From assembly GCA_049720225.1 (NCBI GenBank), contig JBNASD010000001.1, forward strand, positions 228,733-292,732: 64,000 nt of DNA. Reading direction: 5' to 3'. The position numbers and the translations under genes are program-made. This DNA is from Microgenomates group bacterium (GTDB taxonomy: Bacteria; Patescibacteriota; Microgenomatia; PFEM01; JBNASD01). The notes under the pieces were generated by a model that saw nothing but the letters and a program-made list of their open reading frames with translations, had not been told where the DNA came from and did no database searches. Positions 9,193 to 18,192 of the stretch are shown here, piece by piece (position 1 is the first letter of the stretch; each line of letters opens with the position of its first letter).

Positions 9193-9989
9193 CCGATATT
9201 AACTTTAAAATTTAACTCGGGGTCCCAACGCCATTTTCTTTTGTTTTTATCATCATAATAATGCAAAATATGAAGGCGATAAAAAACTGCTAAAGTGTCT
9301 ATCAGCATTTCCCAAACGGTTTTAAATTTAATCGTGCTGGTAAATTTAAATTGCTCTGGATTTATCTTTATTGGCGCCTCATAAATTTTTTTAAAACCTA
9401 ATCGGCGAGCTACTGCTAATAGTTCCACATCAAAAGCAAATTTTTTTACTAATAATCGCGGCAACACCTTTTCCAAAACCTCTCTTTTAAAAATTTTTAA
9501 ACCAGTTTGGGTATCTTTCACTTTTAATCCAAAAAGAAACCAAATTAACATCTGATAACCAAAACTATAAATTTTTCTTAAAAAGGGATATTCCACTTGA
9601 GAAGCAGGATGACGCTTAGAACCAACAATAATATCTGCTCCATACCATTCCATATGTTCCAAAATCATCGCTAAACCATTAGGGTCAATATCCATTCCCG
9701 CGTCAATAAAAGCAATTAAATCTCCTTTCGTTCTTGCCATTCCATATCGAACTGCATACCCTTTTCCTCTATTAGTTTTGTAACCAACTACCTTAATTTT
9801 TTTTCCTTGAAGTTTTTTTGCTTTTTGATAAGTTTTATCAATCATCCCATCAACAACAATAATCAGTTCATAATCATAACGCATTTTTTCTAATACCCTC
9901 TTAATTTGTTTAATATCCTCCACAATCGTTTTCTCTTGTTTATAAGCAGGAACAACCACCGAAAGAAAATGAGAATTATCTTTTCTCAT
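9189..9989 (-). CDS. GT2 polyprenyl-phosphate glycosyltransferase (Dpm1/ArnC-like).
   Basis: LSVVVPAYKQEKTI...ELIIVVDGMIDKT, AFIDAGMD, and the KVKDTQTGLKIFKREVLEKV (..DTQ.G.K) loop are typical of Dpm1/ArnC/GtrB enzymes. There is a 4-nt overlap with uxs downstream. Confidence 0.8.
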   Translation of the reverse strand: MRKDNSHFLSVVVPAYKQEKTIVEDIKQIKRVLEKMRYDYELIIVVDGMIDKTYQKAKKLQGKKIKVVGYKTNRGKGYAVRYGMARTKGDLIAFIDAGMDIDPNGLAMILEHMEWYGADIIVGSKRHPASQVEYPFLRKIYSFGYQMLIWFLFGLKVKDTQTGLKIFKREVLEKVLPRLLVKKFAFDVELLAVARRLGFKKIYEAPIKINPEQFKFTSTIKFKTVWEMLIDTLAVFYRLHILHYYDDKNKRKWRWDPELNFKVNIG

Positions 9990-11217
9990 TTTTAAATAAA
10001 AATATCATTAAAATTAAAAAAAGTAAAACAGAAATTAAAAGAGAAATTCTTATTACCTCCATTAAAGAAGAATGAAATAAATTAATTAAAATTATTTGAA
10101 GAATTGCTCCTCCCAAACACCACAAAACTACTTTTGTTTTTCCTACAGAAAGAAAAAAATTAATTAATAAATTATTTAAAGAATAAAAACTAATAAAAAC
10201 TGCAAAGGCTCCTAAGTAAGGTACTGCTGAAAGATAAGAATTTCCATACAAAAGACGAACCATTAAAGTGGGAAAAAGGAAATAAACCAAAGTAATAAAA
10301 ATTGACTCTCCACCGACAATTAATAATGACTGATTCAATAAATGCCGATAACTTTTACCATTTTCAAATCTTTCCGAAACTAAAGGAAACATTACTGCGG
10401 GAATTACTCCTGAGGCAAAAAAAACAATTTTTCCCAAAACAGATACCGCGGAATATATTCCTGCCTCCATCGCCGAAAAAAAATGTTTTACCAATATCAC
10501 GTCTGACGAATAAAAACTGGTTAAAGAAAGCATCGCTATTAACACCGGAAAACTAAATCCAAAAAATTCTTTCTTGTTAATTTTTTCTATTTTATCTTGA
10601 TATCGCCATAAAAATTTCAAAGGAAAGAAAGAAATTAAAAAATAAACTAAAGAAGCAATTACTATCCCTCCCAATGCCCCATTAATACCAAAACCTCTTT
10701 TAACTAAAAAAACTACCAAGATGAGTTTTAAAATCGTCGTTAAAACACTATTAAAAGATAAAAATCCAAATTTTAAAAAAGCACGCAAAATCCCATCGTT
10801 TATAAAAGAAACTAAACTAATCATCAACCAAAAACTTAAAATTATTAAAGGAAAGGAATCTTCTAAGTTTAAAAAATAAGAAATTTTTTCTTTTAAAATA
10901 ATAATTAAAATCATTAAAAAGATTCCAATAAAACCAAAAATTTTAAAAAGGTTTAAAAATAATCCTAAAATTTTTCCAAAATCTTTTTTAACTTTATATT
11001 TAGTAACAAACTTTACGGTTGTGGTTAAAAAAGTTCCGGCAATAATGGAAAAAAAGTAAGTTAAAGAAATTAAGGCGGTTAAACTTCCATAATCTTTTGG
11101 TCCTAACATCCTTCCCATTAAAAGATGATATAAATAATTTCCAAAATTAGTGACCATCGTTCCTAAAAACAAAACAGCACTTCCGCTAATTAAGGGGTTT
11201 TGGAAAATTTTTTTCAT
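9976..11217 (-). CDS. Wzx/MurJ-superfamily (MOP) lipid-linked oligosaccharide flippase, polysaccharide biosynthesis protein family.
   Basis: It has about 12 TM helices, and the N-terminus reads LISGSAVLFLGTMVTNFGNYLYHLLMGRMLGPKDYGSLTAL. Topology and motifs match Polysacc_synt/Wzx proteins. Confidence 0.6.
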   Translation of the reverse strand: MKKIFQNPLISGSAVLFLGTMVTNFGNYLYHLLMGRMLGPKDYGSLTALISLTYFFSIIAGTFLTTTVKFVTKYKVKKDFGKILGLFLNLFKIFGFIGIFLMILIIILKEKISYFLNLEDSFPLIILSFWLMISLVSFINDGILRAFLKFGFLSFNSVLTTILKLILVVFLVKRGFGINGALGGIVIASLVYFLISFFPLKFLWRYQDKIEKINKKEFFGFSFPVLIAMLSLTSFYSSDVILVKHFFSAMEAGIYSAVSVLGKIVFFASGVIPAVMFPLVSERFENGKSYRHLLNQSLLIVGGESIFITLVYFLFPTLMVRLLYGNSYLSAVPYLGAFAVFISFYSLNNLLINFFLSVGKTKVVLWCLGGAILQIILINLFHSSLMEVIRISLLISVLLFLILMIFLFKNEKR

Positions 11218-11218
11218 T

Positions 11219-12343
11219 TTAAGCTAACCAATAACCTCGGGAAAAGAAAATTAAACTGATAACCAGTAAAATCAAGCTAAAAATTAAATAAAAAATTTTA
11301 AATCTTTGATACTTTTCCAAAATAAATCCCAAAGACAAGAAAGCAGGAAAAACTACCAAAACATACCTAGGTAAGGAAGAAAAAGTACCAGTTAAGGTTG
11401 GCAAAATATAAGCCAAAAATCCAAAAACCAGATAAGACAACCTAATTTTTTTAAGATATCCATAAACCAAAAGACCCAAAAAGCTAATTGCTACCAATAA
11501 TTCCAACCAAACAACAAAATATAGAGGATCAATTTTTGTCGTTAAAATCATCTTAAAATAGCGCCAAAAAACTTGATATAAAAGAATTATTTTCCCTCCG
11601 CTTCTTTGGGCTCCAAAATGAGGCTGAACATGGATAAAAAGCAAAGGGTCTCCATAATGAACTAATAAATATCGCATATAAAAAATTAACCCTAAAGGAA
11701 TTAAAAAAAGAAAAATTAAATTTAAAATCTTAAATTTAAAATTTAAAATCTTTTTGTCCTCCCACCATTCAATTAATAAAGCAGGCAGAAGAAATATTCC
11801 TACTATCCGTGTGGCGCTGGCAAAAGCTCCAAAAACTCCTCCCAACCACCATTTTTTAATTCTTATAAAATAAAAGGCGCCTAAAACAAAAAATAAAAAT
11901 AATGATTCCGTATAGACGGAAACAAAATAAAAGGAAGCGGGAAAGAGCAAAAGACCAATAATTACCAATTTTATAAATTTCGGGGAGTAATCTAAGGTAA
12001 GCAATTTATAAAGAAAAACCAAAGCGCCTAAAAAAGCCAAATGAGAAATTAAAAGACCAGAAACTAAATAATTATGAATAAAGTTACTTAACCACCGAAT
12101 TAAAAAAGGATAAAAAGGAAAAAATGCTTGTTGATATAATCCATAGCCATTTTGAGCAATGTTTAAATAATAAACTCCATCAAAATTAGCCCAAACTGAA
12201 GGTCCCAAATAATCTAATTTTTCAGGAAGAATTTTTTTACCTAGAAAAACTACCAATTCCAACCCAATCCGCCAAATAACAAAAATTTTAAACATCCAGC
12301 GAAAAATTTGCTGATTATTTTCTTTGAAGGTAGACTTTTTCAT
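11219..12343 (-). CDS. PIG-V/DUF2029-like GT-C membrane glycosyltransferase (putative mannosyltransferase).
   Basis: WANFDGVYYLNIAQNGYGLYQQAFFPFYPFLIRWL resembles the conserved first loop of the PIG-V/GT76 and bacterial GT87-like families. The protein is polytopic. It is a paralogue of 47221..48303 (shared KKWWLGGVFGAFA / KKWWLAGLFGALA). Confidence 0.5.
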   Translation of the reverse strand: MKKSTFKENNQQIFRWMFKIFVIWRIGLELVVFLGKKILPEKLDYLGPSVWANFDGVYYLNIAQNGYGLYQQAFFPFYPFLIRWLSNFIHNYLVSGLLISHLAFLGALVFLYKLLTLDYSPKFIKLVIIGLLLFPASFYFVSVYTESLFLFFVLGAFYFIRIKKWWLGGVFGAFASATRIVGIFLLPALLIEWWEDKKILNFKFKILNLIFLFLIPLGLIFYMRYLLVHYGDPLLFIHVQPHFGAQRSGGKIILLYQVFWRYFKMILTTKIDPLYFVVWLELLVAISFLGLLVYGYLKKIRLSYLVFGFLAYILPTLTGTFSSLPRYVLVVFPAFLSLGFILEKYQRFKIFYLIFSLILLVISLIFFSRGYWLA

Positions 12344-13382
12344 AAACTTCTACTGTTTTTAAAGCAGTTTTTTCCCAACTAAAATTCTTAACCCATTCTA
12401 ATCCATTTTTTATCAAATTATTTCTCTTTTTTTCATCTTTAATTATCCTTACTAAAGCCTGAGTTATATTTTTTATGTTATAAGGATCAAATAAAATAGC
12501 AGATTTTCCACAAATTTCTGGTAAACTTGAGGTATTGGCGCTTATTACCGGACATCCACAAGCCATCGCCTCTAAAACCGGTAAACCAAATCCTTCGGAA
12601 AAAGATGGTTGGCAATAAACACTTGCTAAATTATAAATCACTACCAAATCTTCTGTTGGTACATAGCCTAAAATTTTAATTTTATTAATTAAATTAAGTT
12701 CTTTAATTAATTGGATTATCTCTTTTGTTTCTTTTAATTCTTTATCTTCAAACGCCTTTCCTACCAAAACTAAATTGTAAATTGAAAATTGGGAATTGAA
12801 AATTTTAAAAGCTTTTATTAAACCAATTACATTCTTATTCCAATTTACATCGCCAACATAAAGAATAAATTTATCTGGCAATTGATACTTTTGTTTAATT
12901 TTTAATTTTTCGCTTTTACCTTTCACTAACTTAAATTCTTCTCCTGCGGCTAAAGGAACTACATAAATTTTTTCTTTAGGATATCCTGTTAACTTTGGAA
13001 TTTCTTCTTGCCAATAATAACTATCAGTAATCACCCCATCAATCTTTTTAAGCCGCCATTTTTGAACTTCCCAACGAATTCTTCCTTTAACTCCTGGAGT
13101 AAAATTTTCCATAAATTTCACAGGAATTAAATCATGAATGGTTACTATACTTTTAGTTAATTTTTTTGTTGGTAAAGTAAGAAAAAAGGGAGAAAAATAA
13201 GGGTAATGAATAATATCTGCCTCGACAAAAACTAATTTATCAGCTGATTTTAAAAATTCTAATTCTATTCCTTTCTTAGGAGCTATTTTTTTCAAAGCCT
13301 CTATTAAACGTTTTGTATAAAAACCAATTCCCCGAAATTGATGGGCAGAATAAAGAGGGGTCAAATCAATCACTACTTTCAT
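12315..13382 (-). CDS. Family 4 glycosyltransferase (GT-B, retaining).
   Basis: The C-terminal domain has SFSEGFGLPVLEAMACGCPVISANTSSLPEI, the EX7E-type GT4 motif. Confidence 0.85.
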   Translation of the reverse strand: MKVVIDLTPLYSAHQFRGIGFYTKRLIEALKKIAPKKGIELEFLKSADKLVFVEADIIHYPYFSPFFLTLPTKKLTKSIVTIHDLIPVKFMENFTPGVKGRIRWEVQKWRLKKIDGVITDSYYWQEEIPKLTGYPKEKIYVVPLAAGEEFKLVKGKSEKLKIKQKYQLPDKFILYVGDVNWNKNVIGLIKAFKIFNSQFSIYNLVLVGKAFEDKELKETKEIIQLIKELNLINKIKILGYVPTEDLVVIYNLASVYCQPSFSEGFGLPVLEAMACGCPVISANTSSLPEICGKSAILFDPYNIKNITQALVRIIKDEKKRNNLIKNGLEWVKNFSWEKTALKTVEVYEKVYLQRK

Positions 13383-13387
13383 TTTTT

Positions 13388-14152
13388 TTATTCTATCAGT
13401 TTTTTTACTGCTTTAAAAATACCGGTTGAATACTGAAACGCTTTTTTAGGTCGAAAAGTAATTTCTTCTGGTAACCCTAAAAATTCTCCATATTTTCTTA
13501 AAATATACTTCTCTTTTCCGTTCTTAATTTTTAAATTAGCAGGAATTTTAAGACAAAAGTCAATAAAATTCTTCTCTATAAAAGGATAAATAATTTTAAT
13601 TCCCTCCTTTTCTGATAATATCTTTTCTCTTTTTACATCTTTTTTTAACAACGTTAACTCATTTTTAATAGTCTGATTTAGCTCTCCTAACTTTATTTTT
13701 TTATAACGATGGTAACCCCCCAACAAAATATCTGGACCTTGTCCAGAAAATAAAATTTCTACTCTTCTTTTTTTAGTTTCCTCCAGACATAATAAAAAAC
13801 AAACTCCTAAAGATAAATGAGTTAAATCTATAGAAAAATTCCTCTTTTTATAAATTTTTATTACTTTAAAGATAGCTTTCTTAATTTTTTTTGAATCATA
13901 ATTAACTCTAATAATTTTCTTTTTTAAAAATTTCTCTAAAATATCCAAAAAAATCCAATCTTTACTCGTCTTACAAGCGACACTCAAAAAAACACAATTG
14001 GGAAAAGTTTTTCTTACCCACCAAGCAATTATCGAAGAATCAATGCCTCCAGAAACTAAAACTCCAACAACTTTTTTGTGATATTTTTTTTTATATTTTT
14101 CAAAACTTTCTTTAAGAATAAAATCAATTTTCTCCAAAATTTTTTTATTCAT
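13388..14152 (-). CDS. Standalone asparagine-synthetase-type PP-loop ATP-pyrophosphatase (amidotransferase synthetase domain only).
   Basis: VGVLVSGGIDSSIIA is the SGGxDS PP-loop. SGQGPDILLGGYHRY corresponds to AsnB GEGADELFGGY, and LRKYGEFLGLPEEITFRPKKAFQ is AsnB-C-like. No glutaminase domain is present, so the enzyme is presumably ammonia-dependent. Confidence 0.6.
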   Translation of the reverse strand: MNKKILEKIDFILKESFEKYKKKYHKKVVGVLVSGGIDSSIIAWWVRKTFPNCVFLSVACKTSKDWIFLDILEKFLKKKIIRVNYDSKKIKKAIFKVIKIYKKRNFSIDLTHLSLGVCFLLCLEETKKRRVEILFSGQGPDILLGGYHRYKKIKLGELNQTIKNELTLLKKDVKREKILSEKEGIKIIYPFIEKNFIDFCLKIPANLKIKNGKEKYILRKYGEFLGLPEEITFRPKKAFQYSTGIFKAVKKLIE

Positions 14153-14178
14153 TATCTCATTAATTATATAATATCTTT

Positions 14179-15849
14179 ATGTTTTATCCGGAAAATTTTC
14201 CTAAAGAAAAAGAAAATGAATTAATAAATTTTTTAAAAGAAACAGAGAAATATTGGCTTAAGAAAAAACCAATTACATATTCTGAGTTTAAAAAATATTT
14301 TTTTCAAATTTTAAAGAATGGTAGATTTTCTTTTTCTAATCCTCCACCTTTTTGGTGGTTAAATTTTATTCTTCTTCGCCACCAAAATATATTTTCTGAA
14401 GATTTTGTTAATTTTTTAAAAAAATATCTTATAAAAACCAAAACTCGTTCTATATCAGGAATCATCCCTGTAGCTATCTTTACAAAACCAGTTGGCTGTC
14501 CTTTCCATTGCGTATATTGTCCAGAAAATAAAACTCTCCCCAAAAGTTATTTAAAAGATGAGCCAGCTTTAAGAAGAGCTATAAGAGAAAAGTTTGATCC
14601 CTATTTTCAAACTCGCAATCGTTTAATTACTCTCCTTTTATCGGGTCATAAAATTGATAAGGTAGAAATTATTATCAAAGGAGGAACTTTTTCCTTCTAT
14701 TCTAAAAAATACCGTCAAAAATTTATAAAAGAAATTTTTGACGCAGCTAATACCGATATTCTGCAACTTATTAAGACAGGAGAGGAAAAAATTTTTAAAA
14801 GTAAGACACTTTCTCAAGCCCAAAAAATTAACGAAAAAGGGTTTTGTCGCATTATAGGAATAAATATTGAAACCCGAACAGATTTTATCAATCCTCAAGA
14901 AATTAAATTTTTAAGAAAATTAGGAGTAACTCATGTAGAATTAGGAATCCAAATCCTTAATGATAAAATTTTAGAGAAAATTAATCGCCAACAAAATATT
15001 AACCAAATAATCAAGGCAACTTTTCTTTTAAAAGAATCAGGATTTAAAATTTCTTATCATTTAATGCCAAATTTGCCTTTTTCTTCTCCTCAAAAAGACT
15101 TAGAAACATTCAAAAAAGTTTTTACTCCTAAATTTTCTCCCGATCATTTAAAAATTTATCCAACAGTAGTCCTTAAAAATTCCCAAATTTATCAATGGTT
15201 AAGAAAAAAATTTTATCGACCTTATTCTCTTGATCAATTAATTAACTTATTAATAAAAGTTAAAACAGAAATTATTCCTCCTTGGGTAAGAATTAGTCGA
15301 TTAGGAAGAGATATTAGTGAAAAAGAAATTATTGCCCCAAAAATTCCTTCAAATTTAAGAGAAATTGTTTTGAGAAAAATAAAATTATTAGGAAAGTTTT
15401 GTCAATGTATCCGTTGTCGAGAAATAAAAAACCAACCATGGAAAGGAAAACCTAAATTAAGAATTTTTCAATATCAAGCTTCTGAGGGAAAAGAATTTTT
15501 TTTGGAGTTTGTAGATCAAGAAAATCATTGTTTAGGATTTTTAAGATTAAGAATTCCCGCCTATCTTATTTATCCCGATAGTTATCTACCATTATTTTCA
15601 TCTTTAAAAAATGCCGCTCTTATTCGTGAACTTCATGTCTACGGGCCAGCTCTTTCTTTAAAAGAGAAAGATTCTATCGCTACTCAACATAAAAATTTAG
15701 GAAAAAAATTACTTAATAAAGCGGAAAAAATTACTCAAAAATTAAAAATAAAAAAAATTGCTATTATCGCAGGAATTGGCGTTCGTGATTATTACCGAAA
15801 ATTAGGATATTGTCTTAAAGAAACCTATATGATAAAAAATCTTAATTAA
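14179..15849 (+). CDS. elp3: Elp3-family radical SAM / GNAT protein (tRNA uridine-34 carboxymethylation enzyme homologue).
   Basis: SGIIPVAIFTKPVGCPFHCVYCP...SYLKDEPALRRAI...FDPYFQTRNRLITLLLSGHKIDKVEIIIKGGTFS matches the Elp3 radical SAM core. The C-terminus IRELHVYGPAL...QHKNLGKKLL...IIAGIGVRDYYRKLGY is the Elp3 KAT/GNAT domain. Confidence 0.85.
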   Translation: MFYPENFPKEKENELINFLKETEKYWLKKKPITYSEFKKYFFQILKNGRFSFSNPPPFWWLNFILLRHQNIFSEDFVNFLKKYLIKTKTRSISGIIPVAIFTKPVGCPFHCVYCPENKTLPKSYLKDEPALRRAIREKFDPYFQTRNRLITLLLSGHKIDKVEIIIKGGTFSFYSKKYRQKFIKEIFDAANTDILQLIKTGEEKIFKSKTLSQAQKINEKGFCRIIGINIETRTDFINPQEIKFLRKLGVTHVELGIQILNDKILEKINRQQNINQIIKATFLLKESGFKISYHLMPNLPFSSPQKDLETFKKVFTPKFSPDHLKIYPTVVLKNSQIYQWLRKKFYRPYSLDQLINLLIKVKTEIIPPWVRISRLGRDISEKEIIAPKIPSNLREIVLRKIKLLGKFCQCIRCREIKNQPWKGKPKLRIFQYQASEGKEFFLEFVDQENHCLGFLRLRIPAYLIYPDSYLPLFSSLKNAALIRELHVYGPALSLKEKDSIATQHKNLGKKLLNKAEKITQKLKIKKIAIIAGIGVRDYYRKLGYCLKETYMIKNLN

Positions 15850-17414
15850 TTACATAATTTTTCTATTTTTATTTTTCCTATTTTCCAGCTTACTTTTTCC
15901 TTTTCAAAATTTCCTCTCCATTCTTTAAACCAATTTTCTTGAGACTCTTGAGGTTCAATAATTAGGTAGATACACTCAGCCCTTTTCGAAGGAGTAATAG
16001 CGTCTATTTTTTTCTTTCCAGGAACATAATCTACTTGATTAGGTAAATAACTATAATCTTCAGGTAAATATTTATATTTTGTTTTTGCCCGCCACCAAAT
16101 GAGATATTGATAAGGGTAGTCATAAACATAAGGAGTAAAACTATAAATTTTCATCCCTTTATTATTAGCATCAGTATAAATTGAATCTATTGCCATTAGA
16201 CGGGTTCTTAAGTTACCTGGGTCTTCAATAAAAGCTTTTTCTAATTTAGTTGGTAAATATTTTTTAATATCCCACCAAAGATAAAAAATAAATATCATTG
16301 CTAATAAAACTTTAAAAATAAGTGATTTCTTCTCCCAAAAAATAAAACCAATAGTTAATCCCAATAAAGTAATAAATATCGCATCAAGAGTTCCAAAATA
16401 CCATACCCAAAGGTTATAGGGATAAATTACAAAAAAACAAAAATTGGCAAACAAAGCAATCAAAAGAATCAAAAATAAGTTTTTTTCCTTTTTCCTTTCT
16501 TTAATTAAGAAAATAACAAAAAACAAAATTAAAAAAACAAAGAAAAAAAGATGGTTGGGAAAGTGAGTTAGAAAATAATTTTTAAAAATTGAAAATCTTT
16601 CTATTAATCTTCTTAACAAATCCATATTGGCAGAAGATAAAGAATTTGCTTTACCACTCAAAAGAAACAAAATTGCTTTAGTTTGAATAAAATTATGACG
16701 AAGATCAAATAATAACTGAGGTAAAAAGGGAATTAAGAAAAAAAACCAAGATTTTATATTTTTAAACAAAAATCTCAATTTTCTAAAAATTAAAAAAACT
16801 AAAAACATCGTCAATAACCAGATTACTCCATCTACGGGTTCAAAGTGAAAAGATAATGCTATTAAAAAAAGAGCAATTTTTAAATAAATTATTTTTTCGT
16901 TATTTATTGTTTTAAATAAAAATAACAAAAATAAAGGAAATAAAAACACAATAGGATTAACATTTAAAGCATAAACAGATTTTTGGAGATAAGGAAAAGA
17001 AAAAAAATAAAGAACCAATAAAAATATTGAAGTTTTTTTATCTTCAAATAAAAGAAAAAATAAAAAGGGTAATAAAAAAGAAACAAAAAGATTCATAATT
17101 AAAAAACTTAATGGGTGTCCTTTAGTTAAAATAAAAAAAGGAATAGCTATCCAATACCAAGTAGGACCATAGAAAACTCCCTGAAGAGAAGTAGTTGGTC
17201 CAATTAGTCTAGGCTTACGAAGAAAAACTATCTCTCTTATATCCAATAAATCTCTTGCTTGATCATAAGTGAAAGCTGTCGAATTTACATACAAAAATAA
17301 AATTTTTGTCCCTAAACTTAAAATTCCTAAAAATAAAACTAAGAAAATCAAAAATTTTGAATCAATTTTTACTTTATTCCCAATCTTTTTTAATGTCAAT
17401 TCTTCTTTTTTCAT
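15846..17414 (-). CDS. Polytopic membrane protein, GT-C-like (ArnT/PMT-related). Paralogue of 45696..47186.
   Basis: The first loop reads YDQARDLLDIREIVFLRKPRLIGPTTSLQGVFYGPTWYWIAIPFF. The paralogue has the corresponding GDEGRDVLIVKRMIVDHKFTLLGPIASVAPFHLGPIYYYLMLPFL. There are more than 10 TM helices and a soluble C-terminal domain. Confidence 0.5.
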   Translation of the reverse strand: MKKEELTLKKIGNKVKIDSKFLIFLVLFLGILSLGTKILFLYVNSTAFTYDQARDLLDIREIVFLRKPRLIGPTTSLQGVFYGPTWYWIAIPFFILTKGHPLSFLIMNLFVSFLLPFLFFLLFEDKKTSIFLLVLYFFSFPYLQKSVYALNVNPIVFLFPLFLLFLFKTINNEKIIYLKIALFLIALSFHFEPVDGVIWLLTMFLVFLIFRKLRFLFKNIKSWFFFLIPFLPQLLFDLRHNFIQTKAILFLLSGKANSLSSANMDLLRRLIERFSIFKNYFLTHFPNHLFFFVFLILFFVIFLIKERKKEKNLFLILLIALFANFCFFVIYPYNLWVWYFGTLDAIFITLLGLTIGFIFWEKKSLIFKVLLAMIFIFYLWWDIKKYLPTKLEKAFIEDPGNLRTRLMAIDSIYTDANNKGMKIYSFTPYVYDYPYQYLIWWRAKTKYKYLPEDYSYLPNQVDYVPGKKKIDAITPSKRAECIYLIIEPQESQENWFKEWRGNFEKEKVSWKIGKIKIEKLCN

Positions 17415-18177
17415 TATATAACTCCCAAAATTTCACATAAGCAGTAATATGATGGAAACCAGAATAAAGCGAAAACACAAAGCCAGGAAAACCATCTAAA
17501 AAACCTTTATGGCGAATAAACAAAAGTAAAAAGGTTTTAATTGCTTGCCATTCTGCTTTTAAATATCCAAAAATACTTGGTTTTTCTCCATTCTTTAGAA
17601 GTTCTTGAGCGGTTAAACTAGTGTAACGATTCGATTTTTTAAGATATTCAGAAAAAGAAGAATAAGGATAGTGAAGTAAATGACTTTTTAGCCAATCAAC
17701 TTTCCCTTTTACCTCCATTTGTTCATGCACAGATTTACAAGGTAGATAAGCTTTTCCTTTTTTAAAAAACCTAATTACTCCATCTGGATATTGGCCGGTT
17801 TTTCTTAACCATCGTCCTAAAAAAAAGTTTTTTCGGGGAATAAAATAAGCTACCACATCATGGGGAGAATTTTTAATTATTCTTTTAATTTCCTTTTTTA
17901 ATTCCAGTGTCACTCTTTCATCCGCATCTAATTGTAAAATCCATTCTCCCCTGCAAACATTAATTGCTTTTTGTTTATTAATATGAAAAATAGGGGGATT
18001 ATCAGTTATTATTAGTTTAGCCCTAAATTTTTTAGCAATTTCTACCGTTTTGTCAGTAGAACCTCCATCAACAATTACAATTTCATCAGCTAAATCTTTA
18101 ATTGAATTAAGACAATCCGTCAGATTGTTTTCCTCATTAAAGGTTGCCAAAGCAACTGAGAGTTTTATTTTTTTCAT
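17374..18177 (-). CDS. Family 2 glycosyltransferase.
   Basis: LSVALATFNEENNLTDCLNSI...IVIVDGGSTDKTVEIA and LQLDADERVT match GT2. It belongs to the same subfamily as 32213..32986 and 34968..35837 (W.K.GQYPD... / GWYPDWQ). Confidence 0.8.
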   Translation of the reverse strand: MKKIKLSVALATFNEENNLTDCLNSIKDLADEIVIVDGGSTDKTVEIAKKFRAKLIITDNPPIFHINKQKAINVCRGEWILQLDADERVTLELKKEIKRIIKNSPHDVVAYFIPRKNFFLGRWLRKTGQYPDGVIRFFKKGKAYLPCKSVHEQMEVKGKVDWLKSHLLHYPYSSFSEYLKKSNRYTSLTAQELLKNGEKPSIFGYLKAEWQAIKTFLLLFIRHKGFLDGFPGFVFSLYSGFHHITAYVKFWELYNEKRRIDIKKDWE

Positions 18178-18192
18178 TTTTTTAATTATAAA

